Shown piece by piece: positions 26,542 to 33,816 of a stretch of 33,816 bases of DNA. Source of the DNA: Clostridia bacterium (GTDB lineage Bacteria > Bacillota > Clostridia > Caldicoprobacterales > UBA3941); assembly GCA_035647175.1 (NCBI GenBank), contig DASRNX010000065.1, positions 1-33,816 of the forward strand. Direction: 5' to 3'. The notes beneath the pieces are model-generated. The model had not been told where the DNA came from and made no database searches. It worked only from the letters and a program-made list of their open reading frames with translations. The translations under genes were made by a program, and so were the position numbers. Within the stretch, counting starts at the first letter, position 1. Each line of letters starts with the position of its first letter.

Positions 26542-26826
26542 CTAGAACAATTCCCCCAAGCATTCCTTGAGTATGAAAAAGCCCATTACTAAAAACATTA
26601 TTCCGGCTGCCATCTTTAAAATGGCGGCCGGTATATATTTGCAGACAAAACCGCCCATAAAAGCACCCAACAGGGTCACTACTGTCAGCCCTAAAGATGC
26701 ACCCAGAAAAATTGGCCATGGCTGCTTATGCTGGGTTACAAGCGTAAATACCGCCAACTGAGTCTTATCCCCCAGCTCCGCTACAAACAACAACCAAAAT
26801 GATAGGAAAAATAATTTTAAATCCAT
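26542..26826 (-). CDS. UPF0016/GDT1 (TMEM165-like) family membrane protein, single-domain form; putative Mn2+/Ca2+ transporter
   Basis: The signature motif ELGDKTQL lies in the first TM segment of a protein with three TM segments. The start is set at the ATG at 26826. The track ORF begins at a GTG three codons upstream. Confidence 0.8.
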   Translation of the reverse strand: MDLKLFFLSFWLLFVAELGDKTQLAVFTLVTQHKQPWPIFLGASLGLTVVTLLGAFMGGFVCKYIPAAILKMAAGIMFLVMGFFILKECLGELF

Positions 26827-26857
26827 TACCCTCACCCTTTTTCATCGTCCTTGGAAT

Positions 26858-28006
26858 CTAACAGCGTGAATACTGCCTACCTATAACTTCATATATCGTT
26901 TGGGTTGTTTCCCTTATCATGTCCTCTAGACGAAACTTAGTCAGAATTTCCGCCCTTCCTACCTTTGCATATTCATATGTCCGTTGTTCATTTTCCAGAT
27001 AGAACAATAGAGCATCCGCCAATTCCCCACTATCTCCGGGTGGAATCAAGTACCCGTTTCGATTATGATCAATAATTTCCCTTATACCGCCAACATTTGT
27101 TGCGATAACCGGCTTGCCCATAGCCATAGCCTCCAGGATGGAGATACCCAATCCTTCGGATAGGGACGGGAGCACAAAAATATCAAAGGCTTCGTAATAG
27201 TACCATATATATTCACTATGTCCCGCAAATATAATGTTTTTGCTGCAATTTAAATGGGCCGCCTTATCCATTAGGTTTGATCTATCCGGGCCGTCCCCCA
27301 CGATCATAAACTTTGTATCGGGGAACTCCTCCAAGACCGGCGGTACCGCATCTATTAGCACATCTAGGCCCTTGGCCGGAATCAGCCTTGCTACAGTTCC
27401 CACCAGTTTCTCTTCCGGCTCGATTCCCCACATCTGCCTGATATCATGATCATCACCTATATAATTGGGGGGATCGATCCCGTTATAGATGATCTTTATC
27501 TTATCGGGATCGATGGCCAGCCCCTTGGCGGTATATTTTTTTAGGGCGCCGGATACTGTTATTATATTTTTTGTTATTCCGGACAACCTTTTTTCTGCCC
27601 AAGCGATTCCCATTGTTCCCAATTTCCCTAAGCTTTTGGGGAAGAAGTTATGTATAGTGTAAATACATGGACACCTTACAAACAGGGCTGCAATCCGTCC
27701 TATGAGTCCTGCTCTAAATCCATGGCAGTGGAGGATATCAACCCTATATCTTCTTAGAAGTCTGGCCAGCCTTAAAATGGCCAATATATCCCTTATAGGA
27801 CTGATTCTGCCGCGTATCACAAAGGGGACAACCGTTGCCCCCCACTTTGACAGTCTCTTTCTATCCCCTCTAGACAGGCTGCAAAGGGCTATTACATCCA
27901 TGCCGTTTCCTATTAACCCCTCTGTAAGAGCCATGTAGTGCTCCTTCATTCCCCCCTCTGCCCTTCTAATCAGTTCGGCGACCCTGGGCCTTGAATCTGA
28001 TTCCAT
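26858..28006 (-). CDS. Glycosyltransferase family 4 (GT-B fold)
   Basis: The C-terminal motif is PSLSEGLGISILEAMAMGKPVIATNVGGIREII..NGYL (E-x7-E type). The N-terminal GG motif follows the first strand. The gene overlaps the upstream gene by 41 nt. Confidence 0.85.
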   Translation of the reverse strand: MESDSRPRVAELIRRAEGGMKEHYMALTEGLIGNGMDVIALCSLSRGDRKRLSKWGATVVPFVIRGRISPIRDILAILRLARLLRRYRVDILHCHGFRAGLIGRIAALFVRCPCIYTIHNFFPKSLGKLGTMGIAWAEKRLSGITKNIITVSGALKKYTAKGLAIDPDKIKIIYNGIDPPNYIGDDHDIRQMWGIEPEEKLVGTVARLIPAKGLDVLIDAVPPVLEEFPDTKFMIVGDGPDRSNLMDKAAHLNCSKNIIFAGHSEYIWYYYEAFDIFVLPSLSEGLGISILEAMAMGKPVIATNVGGIREIIDHNRNGYLIPPGDSGELADALLFYLENEQRTYEYAKVGRAEILTKFRLEDMIRETTQTIYEVIGRQYSRC

Positions 28007-30284
28007 CTTCCCATACTCCGTTCATGACTTTTCTTTGGACCTCATCCCCTATGAGTAACACGAAGGGCGGCGCAACAAATATCATAGCCGTTGCCGCGGA
28101 TACTATCCCGGAATCGTTGAATATAAGGGCTGCTACGGCCCCAATTATGGCGCCCATCAATCCCCTTAAAAATATCCTGTGCACTCTATACATATCCCTA
28201 AAAATCCCCACAGGTCGATAGAGGAGTAAAACCATAACCCCCAGGGATGTAAAAAGTACCCTTGTCCATATGGTGGTTCTAAAGAGCCTGATATTCATGG
28301 ATATCTTCCTATGAAATATGTCCAGCAATTCCCCGAGACCGTTTTCTTTTACGGCGTTTGCCGTCTGGCCCATGTGGCTCTGACTGTCCACAACCCTGAG
28401 GGAATCATAAAAGAAAATTCCCGCCAGCAATACTATCATTATGGCAGCCATGGATATTACGCTGTGAATTCGGATCTTTCTGTTCCGGATTATCAAAGCC
28501 AAGGAGGACAGGGCGGCAAACATTGCCATTGTGCCCCCGACATTGGCCCCTAACCCAGGTGACGCCAAGGTAAATAATGCTAATGATCCGGTGATCAGCA
28601 TGAATACAACGGCAACCCTTTTGCGATTTATAAACCTCTGATACACCGCTGCAATAGTCGTACAAGCTGCCCCGACCATAACCCCCATATACTCGTTTCC
28701 CATGCCATAGAACCTGGCCCCGGCTATTACGTCGTACCCTAAGGGGGACGCCTTAATGAGCTGCATACCCAACCACTGGTCAAGCATTAAAGCTCCGAGG
28801 GTCAAACCGGAGATTATCAGAACCTTATCCATGGTAGATTTAATCCATCTGCATAATATGCCGGTTATTATTACGGACAGGGATATGGCTATCAGGGCGG
28901 TTCTGTAAAGCTGCGGCTTTTGGAGCATCGGCAAAACCAGGTATACAAAAGGCATGACCATGATGTAGATTAGCATGGGCTTTATATGCCCCAGGTATTT
29001 TCTCTTAAAAAGAAGAACAGCCGCCGCCAAACCCAGAATGGGTATGAGGGTATATACATATCCCTTTATCAAGAAGGGCCTTTGGTTGTAGATGTCTACA
29101 AGCCCGCTATTAAATCGGACCAATTCATCCTTCCCTGTATTACCCGGCAGAGAATAGATGGGGGCCCCGCCTTGACCCGTCAAGGGCATTAAATCAAAAA
29201 AGTTCAATATACTGGCCCCGACATCTAAATTGGTTACTATTCCTCTTCTGTGGGTAGAACCCGATGAGAGCCAGCCCCCTTGGATGCCCCGCCCTGCCAG
29301 GATTATTGGGGTCAGCCTATTGTTATTTCCTATTTCCTTAGCCGGACCCACCGGTGTAAGGACCATCATATAGTCGTTTTGAAGATCCGCGTATTCTAAA
29401 ATCCCGCCGATAAATTTATCCCCCGCTTCCAAGGCCCTTCTTTTGTGATATTCAACCCTGGAATCCATGGACTGGTGACGAAAGTCCTCAGCTCTGGATG
29501 TATCCCCTAGCTGAATTGCTATGACATGGGATTCGCCGCTAAACTCATTAAAGGCCTTTAGCATACCGTCATAGTCGGTCCTAATCCCCATGGGCCAATG
29601 AGGATCATCTGTTAAAAGAGATTGACTTATGTCCCCATGGGGTACTATTCCCCTCTCGTCCATCATCATGGAAACAAGAAAATGCTTGCCGCCGACCTCT
29701 CCTTCCGCCACCCTATAGTTGTCACAATTGCCCAGAACCGCAACTCCAACACCAGCCTCCCTTAGGGCCATGCCCAGGGCGCCAACCTTTACCCTATATG
29801 GTCTGTTTTCATTGTTTCTATGCAGCTTTGCTATGGACGGGTTGGCTATCGCCCCTTCATCCATCCTATATCCTGTGATCTGATGCATTAAATTCTCGAT
29901 CTTCTCCCCCCTATATGGGTATCCATAGGATGCTGCCACCTGGGAACCCGCCAACCCGGTAACCCGGGCTCCGGAACCTAGGGTTAAATAGGCATTATTT
30001 TGGGAAAGGCTCCCACCGGTATTGGTGGTCATCATTCCGGCAGCCCCAATGCCCATTAGTCTGTCCAAGTTTGGGGTGTCGGCATCATGGATATCCTGCC
30101 AGCTGACACGGTCTAAAAGAATGAGGATGACTCTTCCCCTGTCCTCTATTTTATGGTCCCTTTGTCTTAAGGCTTCCGGCCTGTGACCGCACAGGATAGA
30201 ATTGTTGGGGATAGCCAATATAGGGAGCATCAACAGAAAACAAAATGTTATCTTTAGGATGGGATAAGTATGGATTCTTTTCAA
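27966..30284 (-). CDS. Large membrane protein: N-terminal alkaline-phosphatase-superfamily-like ectodomain plus C-terminal polytopic domain (about 10 TM)
   Basis: The 772-aa ORF has a TTG start with GGAGG 6 nt upstream and a signal or anchor helix. Segments ILILLDRVSW..TPNLDRL and GSTHRRGIVTNLDVGASILNFFDL resemble the first and last conserved blocks of AP/phosphodiesterase-type domains. The C-terminal half is hydrophobic. The family is not recognised with certainty. Confidence 0.6.
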   Translation of the reverse strand: MKRIHTYPILKITFCFLLMLPILAIPNNSILCGHRPEALRQRDHKIEDRGRVILILLDRVSWQDIHDADTPNLDRLMGIGAAGMMTTNTGGSLSQNNAYLTLGSGARVTGLAGSQVAASYGYPYRGEKIENLMHQITGYRMDEGAIANPSIAKLHRNNENRPYRVKVGALGMALREAGVGVAVLGNCDNYRVAEGEVGGKHFLVSMMMDERGIVPHGDISQSLLTDDPHWPMGIRTDYDGMLKAFNEFSGESHVIAIQLGDTSRAEDFRHQSMDSRVEYHKRRALEAGDKFIGGILEYADLQNDYMMVLTPVGPAKEIGNNNRLTPIILAGRGIQGGWLSSGSTHRRGIVTNLDVGASILNFFDLMPLTGQGGAPIYSLPGNTGKDELVRFNSGLVDIYNQRPFLIKGYVYTLIPILGLAAAVLLFKRKYLGHIKPMLIYIMVMPFVYLVLPMLQKPQLYRTALIAISLSVIITGILCRWIKSTMDKVLIISGLTLGALMLDQWLGMQLIKASPLGYDVIAGARFYGMGNEYMGVMVGAACTTIAAVYQRFINRKRVAVVFMLITGSLALFTLASPGLGANVGGTMAMFAALSSLALIIRNRKIRIHSVISMAAIMIVLLAGIFFYDSLRVVDSQSHMGQTANAVKENGLGELLDIFHRKISMNIRLFRTTIWTRVLFTSLGVMVLLLYRPVGIFRDMYRVHRIFLRGLMGAIIGAVAALIFNDSGIVSAATAMIFVAPPFVLLIGDEVQRKVMNGVWEDGIRFKAQGRRTD

Positions 30285-30375
30285 TGTGGACCTCCGCTTA
30301 AAATAGATATTTATGTCTTTTGTCTAACATTATTCCCCACTTCCCCCTCCGCAACCCAAAAATATGCCAAAATGA

Positions 30376-30467
30376 AAGGGATGTTTATTTTAAATATACA
30401 AAACACAAGGGACGATTCCTTAAAATAAGCAAAGTTAAGGAAATTATTCTTTAAAATAGGCAAAACT
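30376..30467. repeat. Three contiguous 30-31-bp direct repeats upstream of the 772-aa gene
   Basis: The units are 30376-30406, 30407-30436 and 30437-30467. Each begins AAGG(G/A)A and contains TT(A/T)AAATA..CAAA. Confidence 0.65.
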
Positions 30468-30507
30468 AAAGGACGGCTCTTTTTGCCACCAAGCAAAAAG
30501 CACCGTC
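30461..30507 (-). terminator. Probable rho-independent terminator of the EamA gene
   Basis: The minus strand reads gacggtgctttttgc-ttggtg-gcaaaaagagccgtc (15-bp stem with 2 mismatches). It is followed by ctttagtttt. Confidence 0.6.
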
Positions 30508-30575
30508 CCCTACGCTTTGTCTAGATTTGAACGCCATACTGACATTTCATAATTTCGTTATAGATACCCGCGACT

Positions 30576-31511
30576 TTAGTCATGGGTTATTGACTCCCCT
30601 TTGTTGATTAGGAGTATCCCCAGGGATACTAAAATTGCAGCTGCGATAATATTTGCTCCCAAGAACCTCTCCTTTAGGATTATATAGGATAACAGAGTGC
30701 CAAACAGGGGTATGGTAAACTTATATATACTGACCCTGCCGACGCCATTGTGCCTAAGAAGGATGGACCATAGGGTAAAGGCCGCCGCGGATATAAACCC
30801 TAGGTATAATAAAAGAAGGATACCCATGGGCGTAAATGTAATGCTTCTTCCCCCACCCAGCCATCCGAAGGATATCAATAACAGGGAACCGAAAAACAAC
30901 TGGTATCCGGATATGGCAAAGGGAGATATATCCTTGGATATCTTTTTTGTATAGAACCCCGCAAAGGCGCCTACAAGGCTTGAGATTATTATAAAGCCTT
31001 CGCCTGTCAGTGTAAAATCCGTCCCAAGGCCGGTTCCTGTCATGTTGGCCGTGATGACGCCTATAAAGCCTAGGACAGCCCCGGCAATCCTCTTATGGGT
31101 CAGCTTGTCCTGGGAGAAGAAAAAGTGCGCCAACAAAACGGTAAAAAAAGTGCTGCTGGCCGATAGTATGGAACCTAAGGTGCCGCTGGTATTTGAAAGT
31201 CCTATGTAGAAAAACACATATTGGATGCTGGTCTGCATAACCCCCAGGGACACGACCTTACGGACATGGGCCCTCTTCAGCTTCAAGGACCTGCCCGTAA
31301 CCAAACAAAACCCAAATATCATCATAGAGGACAGGAAAAACCTATACCCCGCAAAGACAATCTTCTCATAGGTAGCGTCGGGCCCTATGGAAAACAGCTT
31401 ATAGCCCGATTTAACCGATGGAAATGCGCTCCCCCATAGGAAACAGCTTATTAAGGCCAAAGCCATAAGTACGTACGAATTTGTAAATATTGATCCTTCT
31501 TTTTCTTTCAA
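30576..31511 (-). CDS. EamA/DMT-family transporter
   Basis: The 311-aa protein has about 10 TM segments and the two-fold EamA repeat architecture. The start is a TTG with a GGGGGA RBS. Confidence 0.8.
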   Translation of the reverse strand: MKEKEGSIFTNSYVLMALALISCFLWGSAFPSVKSGYKLFSIGPDATYEKIVFAGYRFFLSSMMIFGFCLVTGRSLKLKRAHVRKVVSLGVMQTSIQYVFFYIGLSNTSGTLGSILSASSTFFTVLLAHFFFSQDKLTHKRIAGAVLGFIGVITANMTGTGLGTDFTLTGEGFIIISSLVGAFAGFYTKKISKDISPFAISGYQLFFGSLLLISFGWLGGGRSITFTPMGILLLLYLGFISAAAFTLWSILLRHNGVGRVSIYKFTIPLFGTLLSYIILKERFLGANIIAAAILVSLGILLINKGESITHD

Positions 31512-31618
31512 TTGAATCCCCCCGATATTGAGGTATATATACCCAACCCCAATGGATATATAACTAAATTTTGCTTATTCTATCATACCCGTTTTCGGGG
31601 TGTCTAATTGGCCTTGGG

Positions 31619-32593
31619 CTATTCCCAAAGAAGATCGGTCCACCTTTTTACGCAGATATCGTCCCCGCGGCGGAAGAAGGTGGTAAAATTCGTTTCCTCC
31701 CTGCCTATGAGTTCCCGGGTTATCAGCGCATTACCTGAGCTGTCTTGTTTATGGGTTTCTACTATTATATATTCGGTTTGTTTGTTTGGGGCTAATCTAT
31801 CCGGTACTTGGCCTGGGGAATATTCTCTATGGGATAAAACAGATCCGTTTTCATCCATCTCCAAAATAGCAATTTTCACAGGAGAAAACATCGTCTCTAG
31901 GGAAATCTTGACCGAAGTACTGTGCTTTTTGCTCTCACCGTTTTCGGTGATGGTTGTGGTTTCCTCTATGGTCTGTGAGAAAGCTCCACCCTCATTTTCG
32001 GCCCCATCCATGGTCATCCCGGAACCGCTTACGGCATAGACCCTACCGTCTGCGCCCTGGTAGACCGGATTAATATAGCGGCTTATCATGCCCGGAGTGG
32101 CGGCAATATAGATGATCCCCTCTAGGGTTGTTTTCTCCTCGTCGTCTCCAATAAAAATACCGGTATGTCCGTCGCTGATTGTCTCATCAGAGCCGGTGGT
32201 AGTATAGCTTGTATTACCGTCCTCTTCCGTAATAGTCGCCGCAAAGTATGATGCCCCGTTCACACCTTCAAATACATATTCCTTTGTGGTGCTTGTTTCA
32301 CCGGTTTCTTCGTCAACTAACTCCAGCTCCTTTAAAACCGCGTATAATCGGCCTTCATACCTTCGGGATTGATCTTCAGTTATTATCCCGCCATCGGAAA
32401 TCCCGCCAAAGTTGTCATTAAGGTATCCCTCAAAGTCAAACAAGTCGAGGTATTCGTCTGTTACAAAAACGCCTATGAGCCTGTCCCCCGTCGGCTCTTC
32501 CCCGGCGTCTGCCCGGGCAAGTTGGCATCCGGCCAGAGCGAATATGCACATCGCAACGAACAGCATCCCAATAAACCCCTTATGCTTCATCAT
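31619..32593 (-). CDS. Hypothetical lipoprotein
   Basis: The start is set at the ATG at 32593 (GGAGGA RBS), giving the signal peptide MMKHKGFIGMLFVAMCIFALAGC with a lipobox. The mature part is rich in Thr, Glu and Gly, and no family is recognised. The start overlaps the 3' end of the HTH gene. Confidence 0.7.
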   Translation of the reverse strand: MMKHKGFIGMLFVAMCIFALAGCQLARADAGEEPTGDRLIGVFVTDEYLDLFDFEGYLNDNFGGISDGGIITEDQSRRYEGRLYAVLKELELVDEETGETSTTKEYVFEGVNGASYFAATITEEDGNTSYTTTGSDETISDGHTGIFIGDDEEKTTLEGIIYIAATPGMISRYINPVYQGADGRVYAVSGSGMTMDGAENEGGAFSQTIEETTTITENGESKKHSTSVKISLETMFSPVKIAILEMDENGSVLSHREYSPGQVPDRLAPNKQTEYIIVETHKQDSSGNALITRELIGREETNFTTFFRRGDDICVKRWTDLLWE

Positions 32594-32810
32594 CCTCATC
32601 CTCCAAATTACCGTCAAATTTTAAGATATCGCCCACATCACATTTAAGATGCCAGCAGATCTTGTTTATGGTATTAAACCGAACCCCTTTGGCCTTACCG
32701 CTGCGGAGTATGGAAAGATTGGCTTCGGTAATTCCCACAAGGGCGCTCAATTCCTTAGAGGTCATCCCCCGGTCCTTTAGAACTTCCTCAAGATGAACCT
32801 TTATCGCCAT
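32580..32810 (-). CDS. Small XRE/YozG-type helix-turn-helix transcriptional regulator
   Basis: The 76-aa protein contains VLKDRGMTSKELSALVGITEANLSILRSGKAKGVRFNTINKICWHLKCDVGDIL. This matches the YozG-like pattern (..LS.L..GKAK..RF.TL..IC..L.C.PGDIL). Confidence 0.85.
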   Translation of the reverse strand: MAIKVHLEEVLKDRGMTSKELSALVGITEANLSILRSGKAKGVRFNTINKICWHLKCDVGDILKFDGNLEDEDDEA

Positions 32811-32819
32811 TTCTTCACC

Positions 32820-33788
32820 TCATATAATACTGTCGCTGTCTTCTTTAAGCACTTTATTTTCTGCGGTAATTCGAGAAAATAACAACACCGCCAATACAAA
32901 AACGATTGAAAACAATGGAATTTGCACCTGGCTATTGATGTTATGAAGGAATTTTGAAAAAATCAATTGCAGGATATTAAACGCTATTGTGCCGAGCACC
33001 GTAATTACCAGAGAAACCCTGCAGATTATTGAGAGGTTTTCCGCTTCAGAAACCGAAGCTACGGAGTATCGGTTTTCTGCCAGTTCCCCAATTAAGGCGA
33101 TCCCTCTGTTGACTATTAAGATATTCAGCATAAGGGGTATATTATCTACCAAAAACTGCAGAACCAAGAACACATAGTCCATGCCTAAAAGGCGCTCGTT
33201 CCCCAGATTGCCCACCCTTAAGGCTTTAAAGGAATTTATCAAATTGTTTGCGCCCGGACCAAATATAATAAAAACAAATAATGCATTAACGAGAACCAGT
33301 AACCCTATCATATACTTATGCAGCTTTTTTGTATCGCTGAAAAAGAATAACCTCAGCGCGCGCAGTATAGCATAGCCGCCTATAACGGAATAGACGGTGA
33401 CTCCAAACACGCCTTTCGCAAATAAAATGCCGCCGTTGCTGCCAGAGTCCTGATTAATCAAGCCGGGATTGATAAGAAGATACATGATAACAAAGAGTAA
33501 GGCCGAGAAGACCAAGAGCAGAATATCCTCTTTATAAAAGTCCCTTTTCCTTTTATGTATAAGAAGCGCAGCGCAGGGCGCAATACAGAATGCAATATAA
33601 AAAAGGATTGCCGCTACGTTGCCTACTTGACCGGATAGGGATAGGATTCGCAGCCCCGATCCAAGCTGCGCAAAAGGAAATGACACTACGGCGGGAAAAA
33701 GCTCATGGGTTAAGGAGCCCATAGCAGCGAATATCAAGCATACCGCAGCTTCTGTAGCCAAGATAAGGGAATATATTCTCCGGTTCAT
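32820..33788 (-). CDS. Polytopic membrane protein, possibly DUF2975-like (typical upstream partner of YozG-type regulators)
   Basis: The 322-aa ORF has about 8 TM segments and lies 9 nt upstream of the HTH gene. The DUF2975 assignment rests on gene context and topology, not on recognised motifs. Confidence 0.55.
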   Translation of the reverse strand: MNRRIYSLILATEAAVCLIFAAMGSLTHELFPAVVSFPFAQLGSGLRILSLSGQVGNVAAILFYIAFCIAPCAALLIHKRKRDFYKEDILLLVFSALLFVIMYLLINPGLINQDSGSNGGILFAKGVFGVTVYSVIGGYAILRALRLFFFSDTKKLHKYMIGLLVLVNALFVFIIFGPGANNLINSFKALRVGNLGNERLLGMDYVFLVLQFLVDNIPLMLNILIVNRGIALIGELAENRYSVASVSEAENLSIICRVSLVITVLGTIAFNILQLIFSKFLHNINSQVQIPLFSIVFVLAVLLFSRITAENKVLKEDSDSII

Positions 33789-33816
33789 TTCAACACCCCC
33801 ATTATTGTTTTACGAT

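Noticed and set aside
26827-26857. A yybP-ykoY manganese riboswitch was looked for upstream of the GDT1/UPF0016 gene.
   Set aside because: Only about 22-30 nt separate it from the preceding glycosyltransferase gene, so there is no room for a riboswitch.
30311-30496. A 61-aa track ORF (-) in the EamA / 772-aa intergenic region.
   Set aside because: It spans the direct repeats and the terminator, has no RBS and gives an implausible sequence.
30376-30507. The array of roughly 30-bp repeats was considered as a CRISPR array.
   Set aside because: The repeats are contiguous with no spacers, are only loosely conserved, and number three to four. No cas genes are present.

Overview
The window looks like a chromosomal core segment of an endospore-forming Firmicute, probably Clostridia-like, with mid-40s %GC judged by eye. 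Almost everything is on the minus strand and housekeeping. There is a polA-coaE-lytic transglycosylase-solute-binding-protein operon and the classic tig-clpP-clpX-lonB-lon-engB block. fabI, two single tRNA-Leu genes (GAG and CAA anticodons) and a set of envelope or hypothetical genes are also present. The envelope and hypothetical genes are a CAP-domain secreted protein, a zf-HC2/DUF4349 membrane protein with a SIMPL protein, a YdjM-like hydrolase, a glycosyltransferase operon, an EamA transporter, and a membrane protein-YozG-type HTH-lipoprotein trio. I see no rRNA, CRISPR array, transposase, integrase or recognisable defence genes. The most unusual signal is non-coding. Nearly every large intergenic gap carries one of two interspersed structured repeat families. 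Family A is about 140 nt, with three full copies and one circularly permuted junction copy. Family B is about 147 nt, with two copies and an extra motif copy. Both families show compensatory stem changes, and every copy is co-oriented with local transcription. Several copies sit between a strong sigma-A-like promoter and the gene it drives (tRNA-Leu, tig) or directly upstream of lon. Secondary points are listed here.
- A frameshifted, truncated ABC ATPase remnant abuts a tRNA terminator.
- A zf-HC2 anti-sigma-like gene has no sigma factor nearby.
- A divergent pair encodes a Cys-rich protein and a BNR/coiled-coil/disordered protein.
- A large protein has an alkaline-phosphatase-like ectodomain ahead of a polytopic membrane domain.
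- Three phased 30-bp direct repeats lie upstream of that operon.
All family names come from motif recognition by eye. No database search was possible.
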